Positions 43,231 to 55,283 of a DNA stretch of 64,000 bases are shown here, piece by piece. Below the pieces are notes generated by a model. That model did not search any database and was not told the origin of the DNA. It worked only from the letters and a program-made list of their open reading frames with translations. Numbering within the stretch: position 1 is the first letter of the stretch; every line of letters starts with the position of its first letter. Both the position numbers and the translations under genes were made by a program. Source of the stretch: Salpingoeca rosetta (lineage: Eukaryota > Protista > Choanoflagellata); contig JAWQFM010000015.1 in assembly GCA_033442325.1 (NCBI GenBank), positions 1,341,203-1,405,202 on the forward strand, read 5' to 3'.

Positions 43231-44499
43231 ATGCATGACTGCTCGAACAGCTTCATGTCAATGCACGTGATGAGGAGGAGATGCCTGCAGGCACGTGAGG
43301 CACCTGTGGTGCTTGTGGTTTTGTGTGCGGCGGTGTTGTGCGTCGGAGGTTGTATCGGGGAGGTTGTACTGCTGGAGGACGAAGCAGGCACCTTGCACAT
43401 CAACACGAGTGACCCGGCAACGCAGCATGTGGTGGTGAACGGCGTGAACGTGGACACGCTGTTTCGTGCGGTGGAGACGCTGATGGCGACGGTCTCGGCG
43501 CAGCAGAACACCATTGATGCGCTCTGCCAAGTGAAGGTTCGAGCGAAGACGTTCGGGCAGCTTGAAGCACAGTCCACCAAGTGGACTGGCGGTGCGCTGG
43601 CTGACAACGGGTTGATCTATGCCGTGCCCTACAGCTCGCCCTCTGTGCTCATCATCGATCCGAGCACGAACACTGCCGACACTACCACCATCTCCAACCT
43701 TGGCAACGATCTCGGCAAGTGGGCCGGTGCCGTCCGAGCTCACAACGGCCTCATCTACATGTTTCCATCCTTAAGGACAACGATGTTGATTGTTGATCCC
43801 GACACCAACGTGGCCGACACGACCAGCATCCAGTCGCTCGGCACGACGAGCGGAAAGTGGTTCAGCGGCGTGGTGGCGGACAACGGGCTCGTCTTTGGCG
43901 TCCCTCTTTCGGCAACGTCTGTGCTGATCATCGACCCAGAGACCAACTCAGCTGACACCACCACTCTTGGTGGTCTGGAGCCCGGTTCCAACCAGTGGTA
44001 CGGTGCTGTGCAGGCTGCCAACAACCTCATCTACTGCACTCCCATCGCAGCCACGTCTGTTCTCATCATCAACCCGGACTCCCTTGTCATGGATCTGACC
44101 ACCATCAGCGGGTTGGGCGCAGGGGGAGTCTACAAGTGGATCGGAGCCGTGCTTGCAGGCAACGGGCTCGTCTATGGCATCCCATATGGGTCCTCATCAG
44201 CCCTGATCATTGACCCAAGAACCAATGCAACAGACACGACGACCATCAGCGGGCTCGCTGGATCACGCAAGTGGATCGGTGGCGTGCGTGCACCCAATGG
44301 CAAGATCGTTGGCATTCCGCACTATTCCCCCTCCGTCCTCATCTTTGATCCAAACACCAACAGCACGGATACGACGGCCATCAACGACCTCACTGGTGGA
44401 AACGCAAAGTGGTATGATGGAGTTCTCGCACCTAACGGCCTCGTGTACTGCATCCCATCAAGCGCTGAGACAGTTCTTGTCATTGATCCAGGGTGCTGA
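43231..44499 (+). CDS. Intronless secreted protein: signal peptide, short coiled coil, seven ~45-aa repeats (predicted 7-bladed beta-propeller)
   Basis: Hydrophobic stretch VVLVVLCAAVLCVGGCIG, then seven repeats of KWxGxVxAxNGLIY/VYxxPxxxxSVLIIDPxTNxxDTTTI beginning KWTGG, KWAGA, KWFSG, QWYGA, KWIGA, KWIGG and KWYDG. The start is one of the ATGs at 43231-43272. Confidence 0.8.
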   Translation: MHDCSNSFMSMHVMRRRCLQAREAPVVLVVLCAAVLCVGGCIGEVVLLEDEAGTLHINTSDPATQHVVVNGVNVDTLFRAVETLMATVSAQQNTIDALCQVKVRAKTFGQLEAQSTKWTGGALADNGLIYAVPYSSPSVLIIDPSTNTADTTTISNLGNDLGKWAGAVRAHNGLIYMFPSLRTTMLIVDPDTNVADTTSIQSLGTTSGKWFSGVVADNGLVFGVPLSATSVLIIDPETNSADTTTLGGLEPGSNQWYGAVQAANNLIYCTPIAATSVLIINPDSLVMDLTTISGLGAGGVYKWIGAVLAGNGLVYGIPYGSSSALIIDPRTNATDTTTISGLAGSRKWIGGVRAPNGKIVGIPHYSPSVLIFDPNTNSTDTTAINDLTGGNAKWYDGVLAPNGLVYCIPSSAETVLVIDPGC

Positions 44500-44549
44500 C
44501 ACGAGATGGGGAGGGGGGGAGGGCTGGGGTAGGGGTGGGAAAGGGGTAT

Positions 44550-44617
<68 letters not shown>

Positions 44618-45058
44618 TGTCTGTGTGTCTGTCTGTGTGGGTGTCGATGTTTCTGGACTCGCTTGACATGCATTGTGAGTTTGCTCTGCTTCAGCATTGC
44701 CATGTACTTGGCATCGGTTACACGCATCGGATAGACGACAGTAACAAGAGGAATAAACGAGTGCGAATGAACATGAAAAGCGCCTCCAAGACGCACACAC
44801 TTACGTGCAGGCACACGCATACACAAACACAAACATACAACCACAAACATACGCACACACATACACACACATGAACACACACACAAACACAAACACACAC
44901 ACACACAAACATACACACAAACACACACACACACACACAACACACACACAAACACACACATATGCACGCACGTACAAACACACACACACACACACACTTG
45001 CACGCACATACAAACACACAGACATGCATACCCTCCCCCCCCCAAGTTTCACTGAGCA

Positions 45059-46721
45059 CTACGCGTTGCTGCTCTTGACGGCGCTGCTGCCACTGGTGCT
45101 GGTGCTGCGTTGCCTGTCCTTTAGCTGGCGCCTGTGCTCGCAGGCGGGGCAGATGCCGCTTGCCGCTGCGTGGAAGCAGTGGTGGTGGAAGACGCAACGA
45201 CACACGGCGCACTTGTGCGTGTCCGGCTGGAACGAAAACAGGGTGTCATCGGAGTGGCACACCCTGCACACGTGGCCTTTGCTCTTGCACAGGACGCACC
45301 TGCGCGTGATGTGCTCCTCGCAGTCCTGCACACACTTCTCCACCACCTTCAGCAGCTTGCCTGCATGCAAGGCCACCAGGTCGCGCATGGAGTACATGTG
45401 TTCTGCGTCCGCGTCGAGAAAGTGGCGGTGGCCCTGCAGCGGAAGCAGGATCCGGGCCTCCGGCAGGCGGCGGCACGTCAGCAGGAACGACGACATGTGT
45501 GCCAGCGTGGCCCTGAACCCCGCCAGCTCCCGCAGGTCCTCCACGTGCCGGAAGAGGGACGGATTCAGGCGCCGGATTTCCAGCAGCGGCAGGTCGTGGG
45601 TGGCCGCCAGCACCTCCGATGCCTGCAGGCACACGGGCATGTCGGCAAACTGCCACGACCGCACGACGCGCGCAGGGGTGACGGCGCGCTGGTCATGGTG
45701 GCACGTGCTGCAGTAGTGCTGGCCCGTGTAGTCGCACAGCTTGGGCGGCGCCAACAGCGGCTGGTGGCCAATGTGGGTGCCGCACCCGGCGCACTTGTAG
45801 TCCTGTGCGCAGAGCCCGTCGTCGGGGCAGATGGCGGTGGTGAGGCGTGCAAGGTCAGCCCGGCCGCCAACGCAGGGGCGGGCCACGTACGTGTGGCAGC
45901 GCTTGTGGACGTTCATGCGGCAGCGGCAGCAGCGGAGGCGGCGAGAGGGCTTGAGTGCCGTCTTGAGCGGCCGGGAGCACACGGCACAGTCGCCCGCGCA
46001 CTTGGGCAGAATGTAGAATTCGTGGCCATTGTGCTCAAAGGGCACGGTACTCTGCGGTTCTTCGTCCACGAGTACGTCAACAGCGTGTGCCAACTGCTCA
46101 TCAACACCGTGGTCGCGTCGCTTCCCCGACACGGTCCGCTGCCGAGGCGACGACACCGATCGCACCATTGTAGCAGATGACGACGGTGATGCATGGCGGG
46201 CTTGATGCTGCTGCTGCTGATGGGGGTGTTGGTGGTGCTGCTGATGATGGTGGTGTTGGTGGTGGTGTTGTGGGTGGTGCTGTGGGTGCTGGCGTTGGTG
46301 AGTGGACGTTGTGCTGAGGGGGGAGACATCGCGCGGGCGGTGTTGCTGGTGGTGCTGGTGTGGATGCGATGTGCTTCCGATGGAGTGAGTGGCGCTTGTG
46401 AATGAGCCGAGGCTGTGGCGGTCTTCGTATGTCCGTCCCTGCACAACTGCCGTTGCAGCTGTTGCCGCTGTCGCTGGGATGGCGCCGTGTGCATCGTCGT
46501 TGGTGTTGTCGTCGTCGGCCATCATCACTTCCTCAAACCTGATGGATTGGCATGTGTGTGTGTGTGTGGGGGGGGGATGTGACGTTAGCTTGTGGGGTTG
46601 ACAGAGGGCGAATGGGAGGGTGAATGGGAGGGGTATATGGCAGGGTATATGGCAGGGTGAACGGGAGGGTATATGGGGGGGGGGGGGGGTGAATGGGAGG
46701 GTTAAGGCGAGCATTTCAAGA

Positions 46722-46795
<74 letters not shown>

Positions 46796-47475
46796 TCACT
46801 GTTGTGACGCACATGCGGTAGAAGCTGCCGGCTGCACTTCGGCCCTCCACGGGCGTGTTGTCCGCTGTTGTTGTTGCGTCGCTCTCAATGTCCAGTGCAA
46901 GCGGGACGTCAACGAGACGACTGTCACCGCCACCAGCAGAGATCAGCGCGCCAGGGTCGTGGTCGTGGCGGTGGCGGCTCAGTCCTGCCGCTGGTGTTGG
47001 CGTGTCGATGTCGTCGTGTGTGATGATCTCAAACCCGTCAAAGCTCGTGTCTGCTTGGTCTGTGCTCGTGGTCGCAAGAGGTGTTGGAGTGAGCGCCGTG
47101 CTGGCACCCCCGGTATTGTTGTTGTCATCTCTGTCAACTCGCACTTGTTGTTGTTGTTGTTGTAGGTCTGCTTGGTTGCTGGTGTTGTCGTCTTGTTTGC
47201 GTTGATGTCGCTCCACAACTTCTTCGCTGTGTTCCTCGTTCGCTTCTTTCTTTGCTGCTTCTGCTTCTACTTCACTGTGCTCCTCTTCACCTTGGTTTCG
47301 TTGTTGTTGTGCTGTCACGACACTCGTTGCAATGCCATCGCTCGTCAGAGCACTCTCTGTTGCGCTCACGTCACGTTCATCACAAACCGCCACTTCTTGT
47401 ACAGCGCCTGTACTCTGTCCTGCATTCACTGCAGGGCTGGTGGTGTGATCACTTGCTGCGGCAGTCGCGCCTTTG

Positions 47476-47536
<61 letters not shown>

Positions 47537-48427
47537 GCTGTTGTTGTTGTTGTTGTTGCTGTTGTTGTTGTTGTTGTTGCTGTTGTTGTTGTTGTTGTTG
47601 TGTCTCTGGCTGCGCTCGGGCCTGTTCTTCTTCGTCTTCTCTTCCCTGTTCCTTTGCCTCCCCTTTCCCATGGTGTTCCTTTGCTTCTTCTTCTTGCCCA
47701 CGTTCCGTTTCCTCGTCTTGTCCACGTTCTCCCGCTGAGGTTTCTTCTTCGTCCTCTCCGCCTTCTTGCTCGTGCGCGTGTGTTGGCGAGCCAAGTTCGT
47801 TGACACCTTGCAGGTGATGTGTGCTCCCTACATCACCTCGTTCATCACCACCATCACCACCGCCACCATCACCAGCGTCACTGTCTGCCGTGCGCTCATC
47901 ACCCGTGACTGTGATTCGCTGCTCGCCACCATCACCACCATCTTCACCAGCGTCACGGCCGTCACCGTCACAGCTGTGCACGTTGCGTGCAGCCGTGGTG
48001 GCGTGCGAGTGGGCGTCACTCGCCGCGTCCTTTGCTGTGTCGCGTTCATGCTCCGCTCCCTGCCAAGCCAAAGGCAGACACGGAGGGCAGCATCAGCAGC
48101 GCCAACAAGCGTTGTTGAGGACACACGTGCGCGGCAGACGTGCAAACAAGCTTCCAAATGCAACACGGACACACACACATACACACACATGGACAAGCGT
48201 GTGCACACGGACAGACACAAGTGCACACACACACACGGACAAGCGCGAGCCAACGGACAGACACACACACACACGGACAAGCGCGAGCAAACGGACAGAC
48301 ACAAGTGCACAAGCAAACGGACACGACGGTATTGTTTGGTGGGCATATGTGACATTGCCGTACCTTCTTGGAGTGCGGTGGTTTTGGTTTCTTCTTCTGC
48401 TTCTTCTTTGCCTTTGTTTTCTTGCGC

Positions 48428-48458
<31 letters not shown>

Positions 48459-49024
48459 CTGCCCGTTTGACTTTGTGCGCGCACGTCACGTATACGCAGA
48501 GACGTGGCGGTATTGAAGGAGAAGTGATGAGGGTGTGGGGTGAGGCGTATTTGTGTTGGGGGGGGGGATGGGAAGGAAAGCAAACACCACATAGTTCATT
48601 CAAGTGTGCTGGGTGGAACAGCATCCCTGCAAGTGATTGCCATCAGTGTGAATGGCCACAGCCAATGCCGCCATCAACACCATCAACACAACCATCAACA
48701 CCATCAACACAACCATCAACACCATCAACACAACCATCAACACCACCACTATCAGCACCACATCAGCACACCAGCAGCACCACGCTTTCCTCTTCATCTG
48801 ATGCTCATCACACCTGGTGTCGGTGGCGAGTGCATCATGACGAGCTCCTGCTGTGCTGCGCGCGGTGTTGGCGCCACGTCCAATGAACTGTCATCCACAC
48901 TCCTATTTCATTCCGTGGGCAGAGGAGGGGGGGGGGGTTGGTTGGTTGGGTTGGAATAGTGAAGGGGGGGACAAGTGAATGGGTCAGGGGTGGTGAAGAG
49001 AGGTGGAATTCGCCGACAGAAGCA

Positions 49025-49119
<95 letters not shown>

Positions 49120-49284
49120 TCTGAAAGGTGGTGAAGCTGAGGCCTGCGAGGAGGGTTTCAAACTTGGTTGCCTGTTCTTCATCCCGCATATACGCATACG
49201 TCTCATATACATCCCTATGCACACACACACGCACACACACACATACACACATACACGCACGCACACACACACACACACACATGC

Positions 49285-49337
<53 letters not shown>

Positions 49338-50417
49338 TAAATGCAGTGAGGCGAGTGATTGGTTGGTGTTGTGGGAGTCAAAGAAGCAAGCGGTGTCGCA
49401 CCGCGCACGCGAAACACCTACTCCATGAGCGACGTGTCGTGCAGGAGGGCGTGCACGTAGCTCTCCACTGCAAGCGACAATGCGGAGAGACGACGATGCA
49501 TCACGGTTCACCGATTACACCGATGTGGACCAGCATTATCATAGCAGTAGCGCGTTGAATTATGAATGTGCCGTTCGGGGAGAGAAAGGGACACAAAGGT
49601 ACAAGTACACACAACCACAGCACATACACACACATACACATACACACATACACACACAGCACACACAGCACATACACAGCACAGCACATACACACGCACA
49701 CACACGAGAGCGCGCAGCGTACGGGCGTTCTCGTTGAGGGCGAGTCTGATCCACGCACGCACACGGGCGGCGTCGCTGTTTGCGTGAGCAAGGCTGCAGA
49801 TGTTGCAGTACATCCATCGTGATGTGGGAATGCGCTCACATGAGTCAGGTCACGTGGTGACGGCGCGGGTCATGTCAAGCATGTGGGGAAAGCGTCGAGC
49901 ACAGGACACGTGCAGACGCAGCAGGTGAAGCAGCTGCTCAACACACACGGCTTCACGTTCACAAAATCTCTCTTGCAGCGAATGTGCACGCACCGCTTGA
50001 TCTCGTTGACGACGTCCTTGTGTGAGATCACAGCGGCTGCGCGCCAGAAGGTGGGCTCGCCCGCGTGCCACGGTATCTGCGCAAGTGATTGAGTGAACAA
50101 TGAGCACTCAAGCAGGAAGGTGGTGTCGGGAATTGTTCACGGTGGCATCGCGCGCCATGTTTTCGAGAGGGCTTCCACCTCGATTACGTGTCTGGTGGCT
50201 GCCCCCTTTGATAGTGTAACATATGGTTTACCTTGAGGCCGTGGCACAGTACACGCTCGATGGCCGAGCACAGGCGCATCGACTCTGGGGTGGACCGGAT
50301 CGCAACATCGCCCGCCACGCTCACCTGTGGCGTTCCAGAGGGTGTGCGAGTGAGTTAGTGTGGGTGGGTGAGTGAGTGGGTGGGTGTGCGTGTGGGTGGG
50401 TGAGCGAGTGGGTGTGT

Positions 50418-50454
<37 letters not shown>

Positions 50455-50832
50455 TGTGTGTGAGTGAGTGTGGGTGAGTGTGGGTGAGTGAGTGAGTGGG
50501 TTTGCGTGTGGGTTCGTGTGCGTGTGTGTTAGTGAACGACACAAGCAGTCATGCAACCAAGCACAGAAGGGGAGAGGAAGGGAAAGGGGAAGGGATGAGC
50601 AGGCAGGCGCACACTCTCACGCTCCACACACACACGCACGCACACGCACACACACACACACACACACATCCATCACACAGCACATCACAACATCACACAC
50701 CGATTGGACGGCCTGTTTGACTTCAACGAAGATGGCCTCCTTCTCGTTTGCGTAGGCGCTGTCGTCGACGCGTTCACCAGAGGACGCCGCCACCTTCTCC
50801 TTCACGCGATCCAGCCACCTGCCAAACTCCAT
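45059..50832 (-). CDS. RUN + C1 + Rubicon-homology (zf-RING_9) protein of the PLEKHM1/DEF8/Rubicon family
   Basis: RUN blocks lie in small exons: LCSAIERVLCHGLK (~50.25 kb), PTFWRAA (~50.05 kb), RVRAWIRLALNE (~49.75 kb), VESYVHALLHD (~49.45 kb), YETYAYMRDEEQ..LLAGL..TF (~49.15 kb). Then an acidic/polyQ linker, a C1 domain (HEF..CAVC..C..C.MNVHKRC..C) and an RH domain (GLCAQDYKCAGC..LCDYTGQHYCSTCH..PARVVRSWQF..HI..CVLC.SKG.VC.VC..FHHHC..CPAC). Confidence 0.88.
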
Positions 50833-50835
50833 GTT

Positions 50836-50905
50836 GCTTGGTCGCTTGCTTGGTCGCTTGCTTGGTCGCTGGCTTGGTCGCTTGCTTGGTCGCTTGCTTG
50901 TCGCT
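50836..50905. repeat. ~12-bp tandem repeat (GCTTGGTCGCTT)n, about 5 copies, immediately upstream of the RUN-gene ATG
   Basis: Directly visible: gcttggtcgcttgcttggtcgcttgcttggtcgctggcttggtcgcttgcttggtcgcttgcttgtcgct. Confidence 0.85.
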
Positions 50906-51069
50906 GGCTTGCGAGGAACAGCGGTGCCCGCAAACACAAACACAAAAGAGTGTGCTGTTGTGCTGTTGTGCTGCTGCTGGTTGATTGTCGTCCTATGGGT
51001 GCCGAAATTTGAACGTATTTTTTCTATTTTTCCACAACACGGTCTTGAGCGACTACAGGCGAAAAGACG

Positions 51070-51564
51070 ATGAACGCAGCTCGCGGTTTGCAAGCGCTTG
51101 TGCGAGGTGCGTGTGTGTGTGCGTGCGTGTGTTCGCGTGCGTGTGTGCGTGTGTGTGTGCGTGTGTTGTGAGTGTAATGTGTGTGTGTGCGTATGTGTGT
51201 TGTGAGTGTGTTGTGTGTGTTGTGTGCATGTGCGTATACACATATGCGTGTTGTATGTGTATGTGCGGAAACAAGTGTGTGCGTGAGATTACCGTCAAGT
51301 CACCACTCGTTCCTGGCTGTTGGTTCGTTGGATGCACTCACATGTGCTTGCGCGAACGCTCACACACGCTCAATCCTCTCTGTCTTGCTTTGGTTTTCAC
51401 AAACAGGCGCACGCTCCGTGCGTGCTGTGCGCTCCGTGCACACAGCTACCTCCCGCGCCATGTCCCACCCTGACCGCATGATTGACCCCACTTACCCCGA
51501 AGTTGTTGACAAGTCCGCACAGGTGTGTGTGTGTGTTGAGTGAGAGAGAGAGAGAGAGAGAGAG

Positions 51565-51595
<31 letters not shown>

Positions 51596-52259
51596 GCATG
51601 TGCGTGTTGAGTGAGTGTGTGTGTATTTTGGCGTGCTCGCCACTGGCGCCACAAACGTGTTGCGTCTTTGTGGTGTCGTGCTGCTTGCTCTTGCTTTGCT
51701 TGTGATGGCTCATTTGCTGCTGTGCTGACGTGTTCTTCTCTCTTCGCTCCATCCCGGCATCGTTTCGCCTTGCAGTTGAAAGAGCCGTTTGGCTATTGGA
51801 ACTCGCAAGACCGTCGCAACTTCAACGATCCCCTTGACGAGGATGATGACATCAAGACCATGTGGGTCGTGGACGAGCAAGCCGCCAACGGCCGCGTCTC
51901 CCCGTACGTATCAGCACCAGGGAGGGAGAGGGCGGTGAGGGGGGGGGCAAATGTGTGTGTGTGTGTGTGTGTGTGTGTGTTGAGATGCTTGCGTGCGTGT
52001 GTGCGTACGTGTGTGTGTGTGTGTATGTGTGTGTGTGTGTGTTTGCGGGGGTGAGTGTGTGTGTGTGTGTTGGGATGCTTGTGTGTTTGCATGTGTGTGT
52101 TTGCGGGGGTGAGTGTGTCAATATGTGTTTGTGGAGTAATTCCTCACGGGCGCGCATGCGTCCATTGCTTCTCTGCTTCTGCTGCTCACGCTTTCAACAC
52201 GCTTTGTTCAACTGTCCTATCACCACATTGCCCGCACACACACACACACGCACACACAC

Positions 52260-52300
<41 letters not shown>

Positions 52301-52728
52301 CACACACGCACACACACACACACACACGCACAGCTCGTCTGCACTTCTCCAGCTGCTTGGCGTCTTTGGCCTGCTCACGGCCGTGTACATGCTCGCCAAG
52401 GCCCGCGACCCCGAGGACAAGAAGCCCGTGGTGCGTAGTGTTGTATTTTGTTGTGTGCGTGTTGCGTTGTGTTGTATGCAGGGTTTGCTTGGTTGCACCC
52501 GCTTACGTGAGCCAATACGGGTCTGGGATGTAAGCGCTGCAAACGCTGTTCGTCTCCCCTGCGTCTCCTCTTACACCCCCATTTGCATCTCACATCACGT
52601 CATCATCACTCACCACAACCCCCTCCCCCCCCCCTCTCTCTCTCCTTCACCCTCTGCCGCCCCTCGCACCACCACAGAAGAGCCGCGAGTTCCCGCTCAA
52701 CCCCGAGGCCGCAGCACGGCGCTCATAA
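51070..52728 (+). CDS. NDUFB8: NADH:ubiquinone oxidoreductase (complex I) subunit NDUFB8/ASHI
   Basis: Five exons: [12 protein letters not shown]|[12 protein letters not shown] (presequence), [10 protein letters not shown]|[27 protein letters not shown], one TM helix ([18 protein letters not shown]), KPV|KSREFP..*. This matches the fungal-type NDUFB8 pattern YP..Q..P..W..Q.RRNF..P. Confidence 0.8.
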
Positions 52729-52920
52729 CCGTCGCCTCCGCCCCCCCCACATCCATTCATCTTACTTCCATGTCCTTCCCCCCCTTCGTGCTATTGTTTT
52801 TGAACAGGTGTCGTCTTGTGTTAAGTTGTGTATGAACACGTGTACGAACATGTGTATGTGTGTGTGATTTGTGTGTACTTTTGCGTGTGAGTGTGTGTGT
52901 GTGTGTGTTGTGTGTGTGTG

Positions 52921-52964
<44 letters not shown>

Positions 52965-53512
52965 TTTGTGTGTACTTTTGCGTGTGTGGCATGAATATAC
53001 AGTATCACGATGACACTTGAGCTTCCAAAACAAAGCGCATCCCATAGTTGTTGCGTGTCAACCATGAATGGAGCTGTGTATTGCACAGTGCACCCACTCG
53101 CACGACGCGGAAGAGAATGGACGCGACGACACATGACGTGAACGAAAGGCATAAGGAAGAAGAAGAACAACAACGATGATCGTGCACAGAGTGCACGCAC
53201 AAGAACACCGACAACAGCAAGCACGCACACACACACACACACACACGCACGCACATGCACACACTTACACACACTCGCACGCACACACACGCTCACACTC
53301 ACTCACACTTACACACATTTACCCACAAGCACATACACACGCGCACACACTTGTGTCTCGATTACATGCATGCGCGCAACGTCTTCCTGTCAAAGTAACT
53401 CGGCCCTCTCCACATCACCATCACACCCATGTGCGCCACACCCATGTACATCACGCCTTCGATACCAACAAACCCAACACACAGACACGCAGACAGCAAG
53501 GGCATGGGCGTG

Positions 53513-54218
53513 TTAGACGGGAATGCCGACGGTGAGGGCGAGGAAGAAGATGCCGATGCCGAGGAAGACGGACGCGGTTGCAGCCAGGTACAGCTCCTGT
53601 GTGATAGATCTCCGGCTCTTGCTCTGGCTCACCTCATACACAAAGAACTTTCCCGAGAACACAACCCCAATCGCCAGCAACACCACAGCCAGCTGGCTGT
53701 ACAGCGCGGGGCTCACAGGCGGCGAGTACACGTCCTACCATGCGGTGAGTGGAAAGGAAGGGAAAGAGGGAGGGAGGGATGGAGATAAGGGGAAGGGGAG
53801 GGGAAGTGCACGGCGGAAGGGTGAGTGAAAAGTAGGGGGTGGTGGTTGTATGGTTGTATTGAGCAAGGGAGGGAGGGAGGGAGAGCAGGACAGGGAGAGA
53901 GTGCACGAATAAACCGTGCTGGCTGTGCATACATTCTGCACACACAGTGAACGTACACACACAATGAACACACAACACACAGCACAGTGAACACCACACA
54001 ACACAACACAATGCACGCACAACACAGTGAACGTACACACACAATGAACACACAACACACAGCACCCTGAACACCACACAACACAACACAATGCACGCAC
54101 AACACAGTGAACACAACACAACACAACACCTAATACAACCCACCACCAAGCCAAACAAACCAGCGCAACCCGCTTCCACTTGTTCCGTCTCCTCCTCCTC
54201 CTCTGTTTCCCTTACCAT
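53513..54218 (-). CDS. TMEM258: Oligosaccharyltransferase subunit TMEM258/OST5
   Basis: ATG|GTAAG at 54218-54216 splices to TAG|GAC at 53734, giving MDVYSPPVSPALYSQLAVVLLAIGVVFSGKFFVYEVS..QELYLAATASVFLGIGIFFLALTVGIPV*. This is colinear with TMEM258. Confidence 0.92.
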
Positions 54219-54420
54219 GACGATGATGAGGAAGATTCGGTGGTATCTTTCGGCGATTGGCAGAAATGACAACGCGACTGAATTCAGTGTTCATATGCAC
54301 TTATTCGGTGCACCGAAGAGGACCACCACGAGTATGCGCTCCTTGCATTCCAAACCTCACGCAAACAGCCAACAACCAGCTGAACAGCACACCAACAAGC
54401 ATGATTGTGACCACAGTTCA

Positions 54421-54451
<31 letters not shown>

Positions 54452-54713
54452 TGCAGAAACACCATGCCATCGCAGCCTCCTTGTCCCCCCATTGTCATCA
54501 TTCCTTTCCAAGGCCCTTGATGGAAGGCGCGACTTTGGCACGAGCACTGTTTGAAAAACGCCAGCCATCCCATACCAACCCGTCCTACCGCACGGAGACC
54601 AGTCTCATCTCCAACCATAACCACCCACAGCAACTTCTGAGGTGCGTGTTGTGTGTGTTGTGTGTGTGTGTGTGGTGTGTGTGTGCGGTGTTGTGTTGTG
54701 TGTTGTGTTGTGT

Positions 54714-54765
<52 letters not shown>

Positions 54766-55283
54766 GTGTGTGTGGTGTGTGTGTGTGGTGCTGTGCATGC
54801 TGCTTGCCTGCCACACTTCCTTCTTGCATGGCTCGCATTGTCGTTCAACGCGCCCCCCTCCCCGCCTCCTCACCCTCCCCATCACACGCCTTCTCCTCCT
54901 CCCACACCACAACAACAGTCACAACGATCACAACGACAACAATACACGTTTGCTCGCCCAGTAACAGCACAGCGTCGACAGCAACACGTACGAGGAGAGG
55001 TGCTATACATACACACCGTTCGCTTGCGGTCAGCAGCATTAACGCGCGCGCGAGTGCTGTCAAACGCTGCTTTGCTGTCAGGGCATCCTTATCTTATTCT
55101 TCTCTCGTTTGTGCCCTTGCGTGTGCGTTACGGTTGCATCGACTCAACGGCAGCAGCAGCAGGAGTAGCGACGAGTGTTTTTGACCTGATCGCGCACCAG
55201 CCCATAAGCCGCCGCCGCTGTTTCTGCGCTTTGCTTCAGTGCACGAGCACTCCTAGCGGCGCACCGTTATCATCATCATCACC

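Noticed and set aside
50836-50905. Direct-repeat arrays considered as CRISPR-like (also 53940-54125, 56985-57070, 48675-48745)
   Set aside because: No unique spacers, no cas genes, and a eukaryotic context; they are simple tandem repeats.
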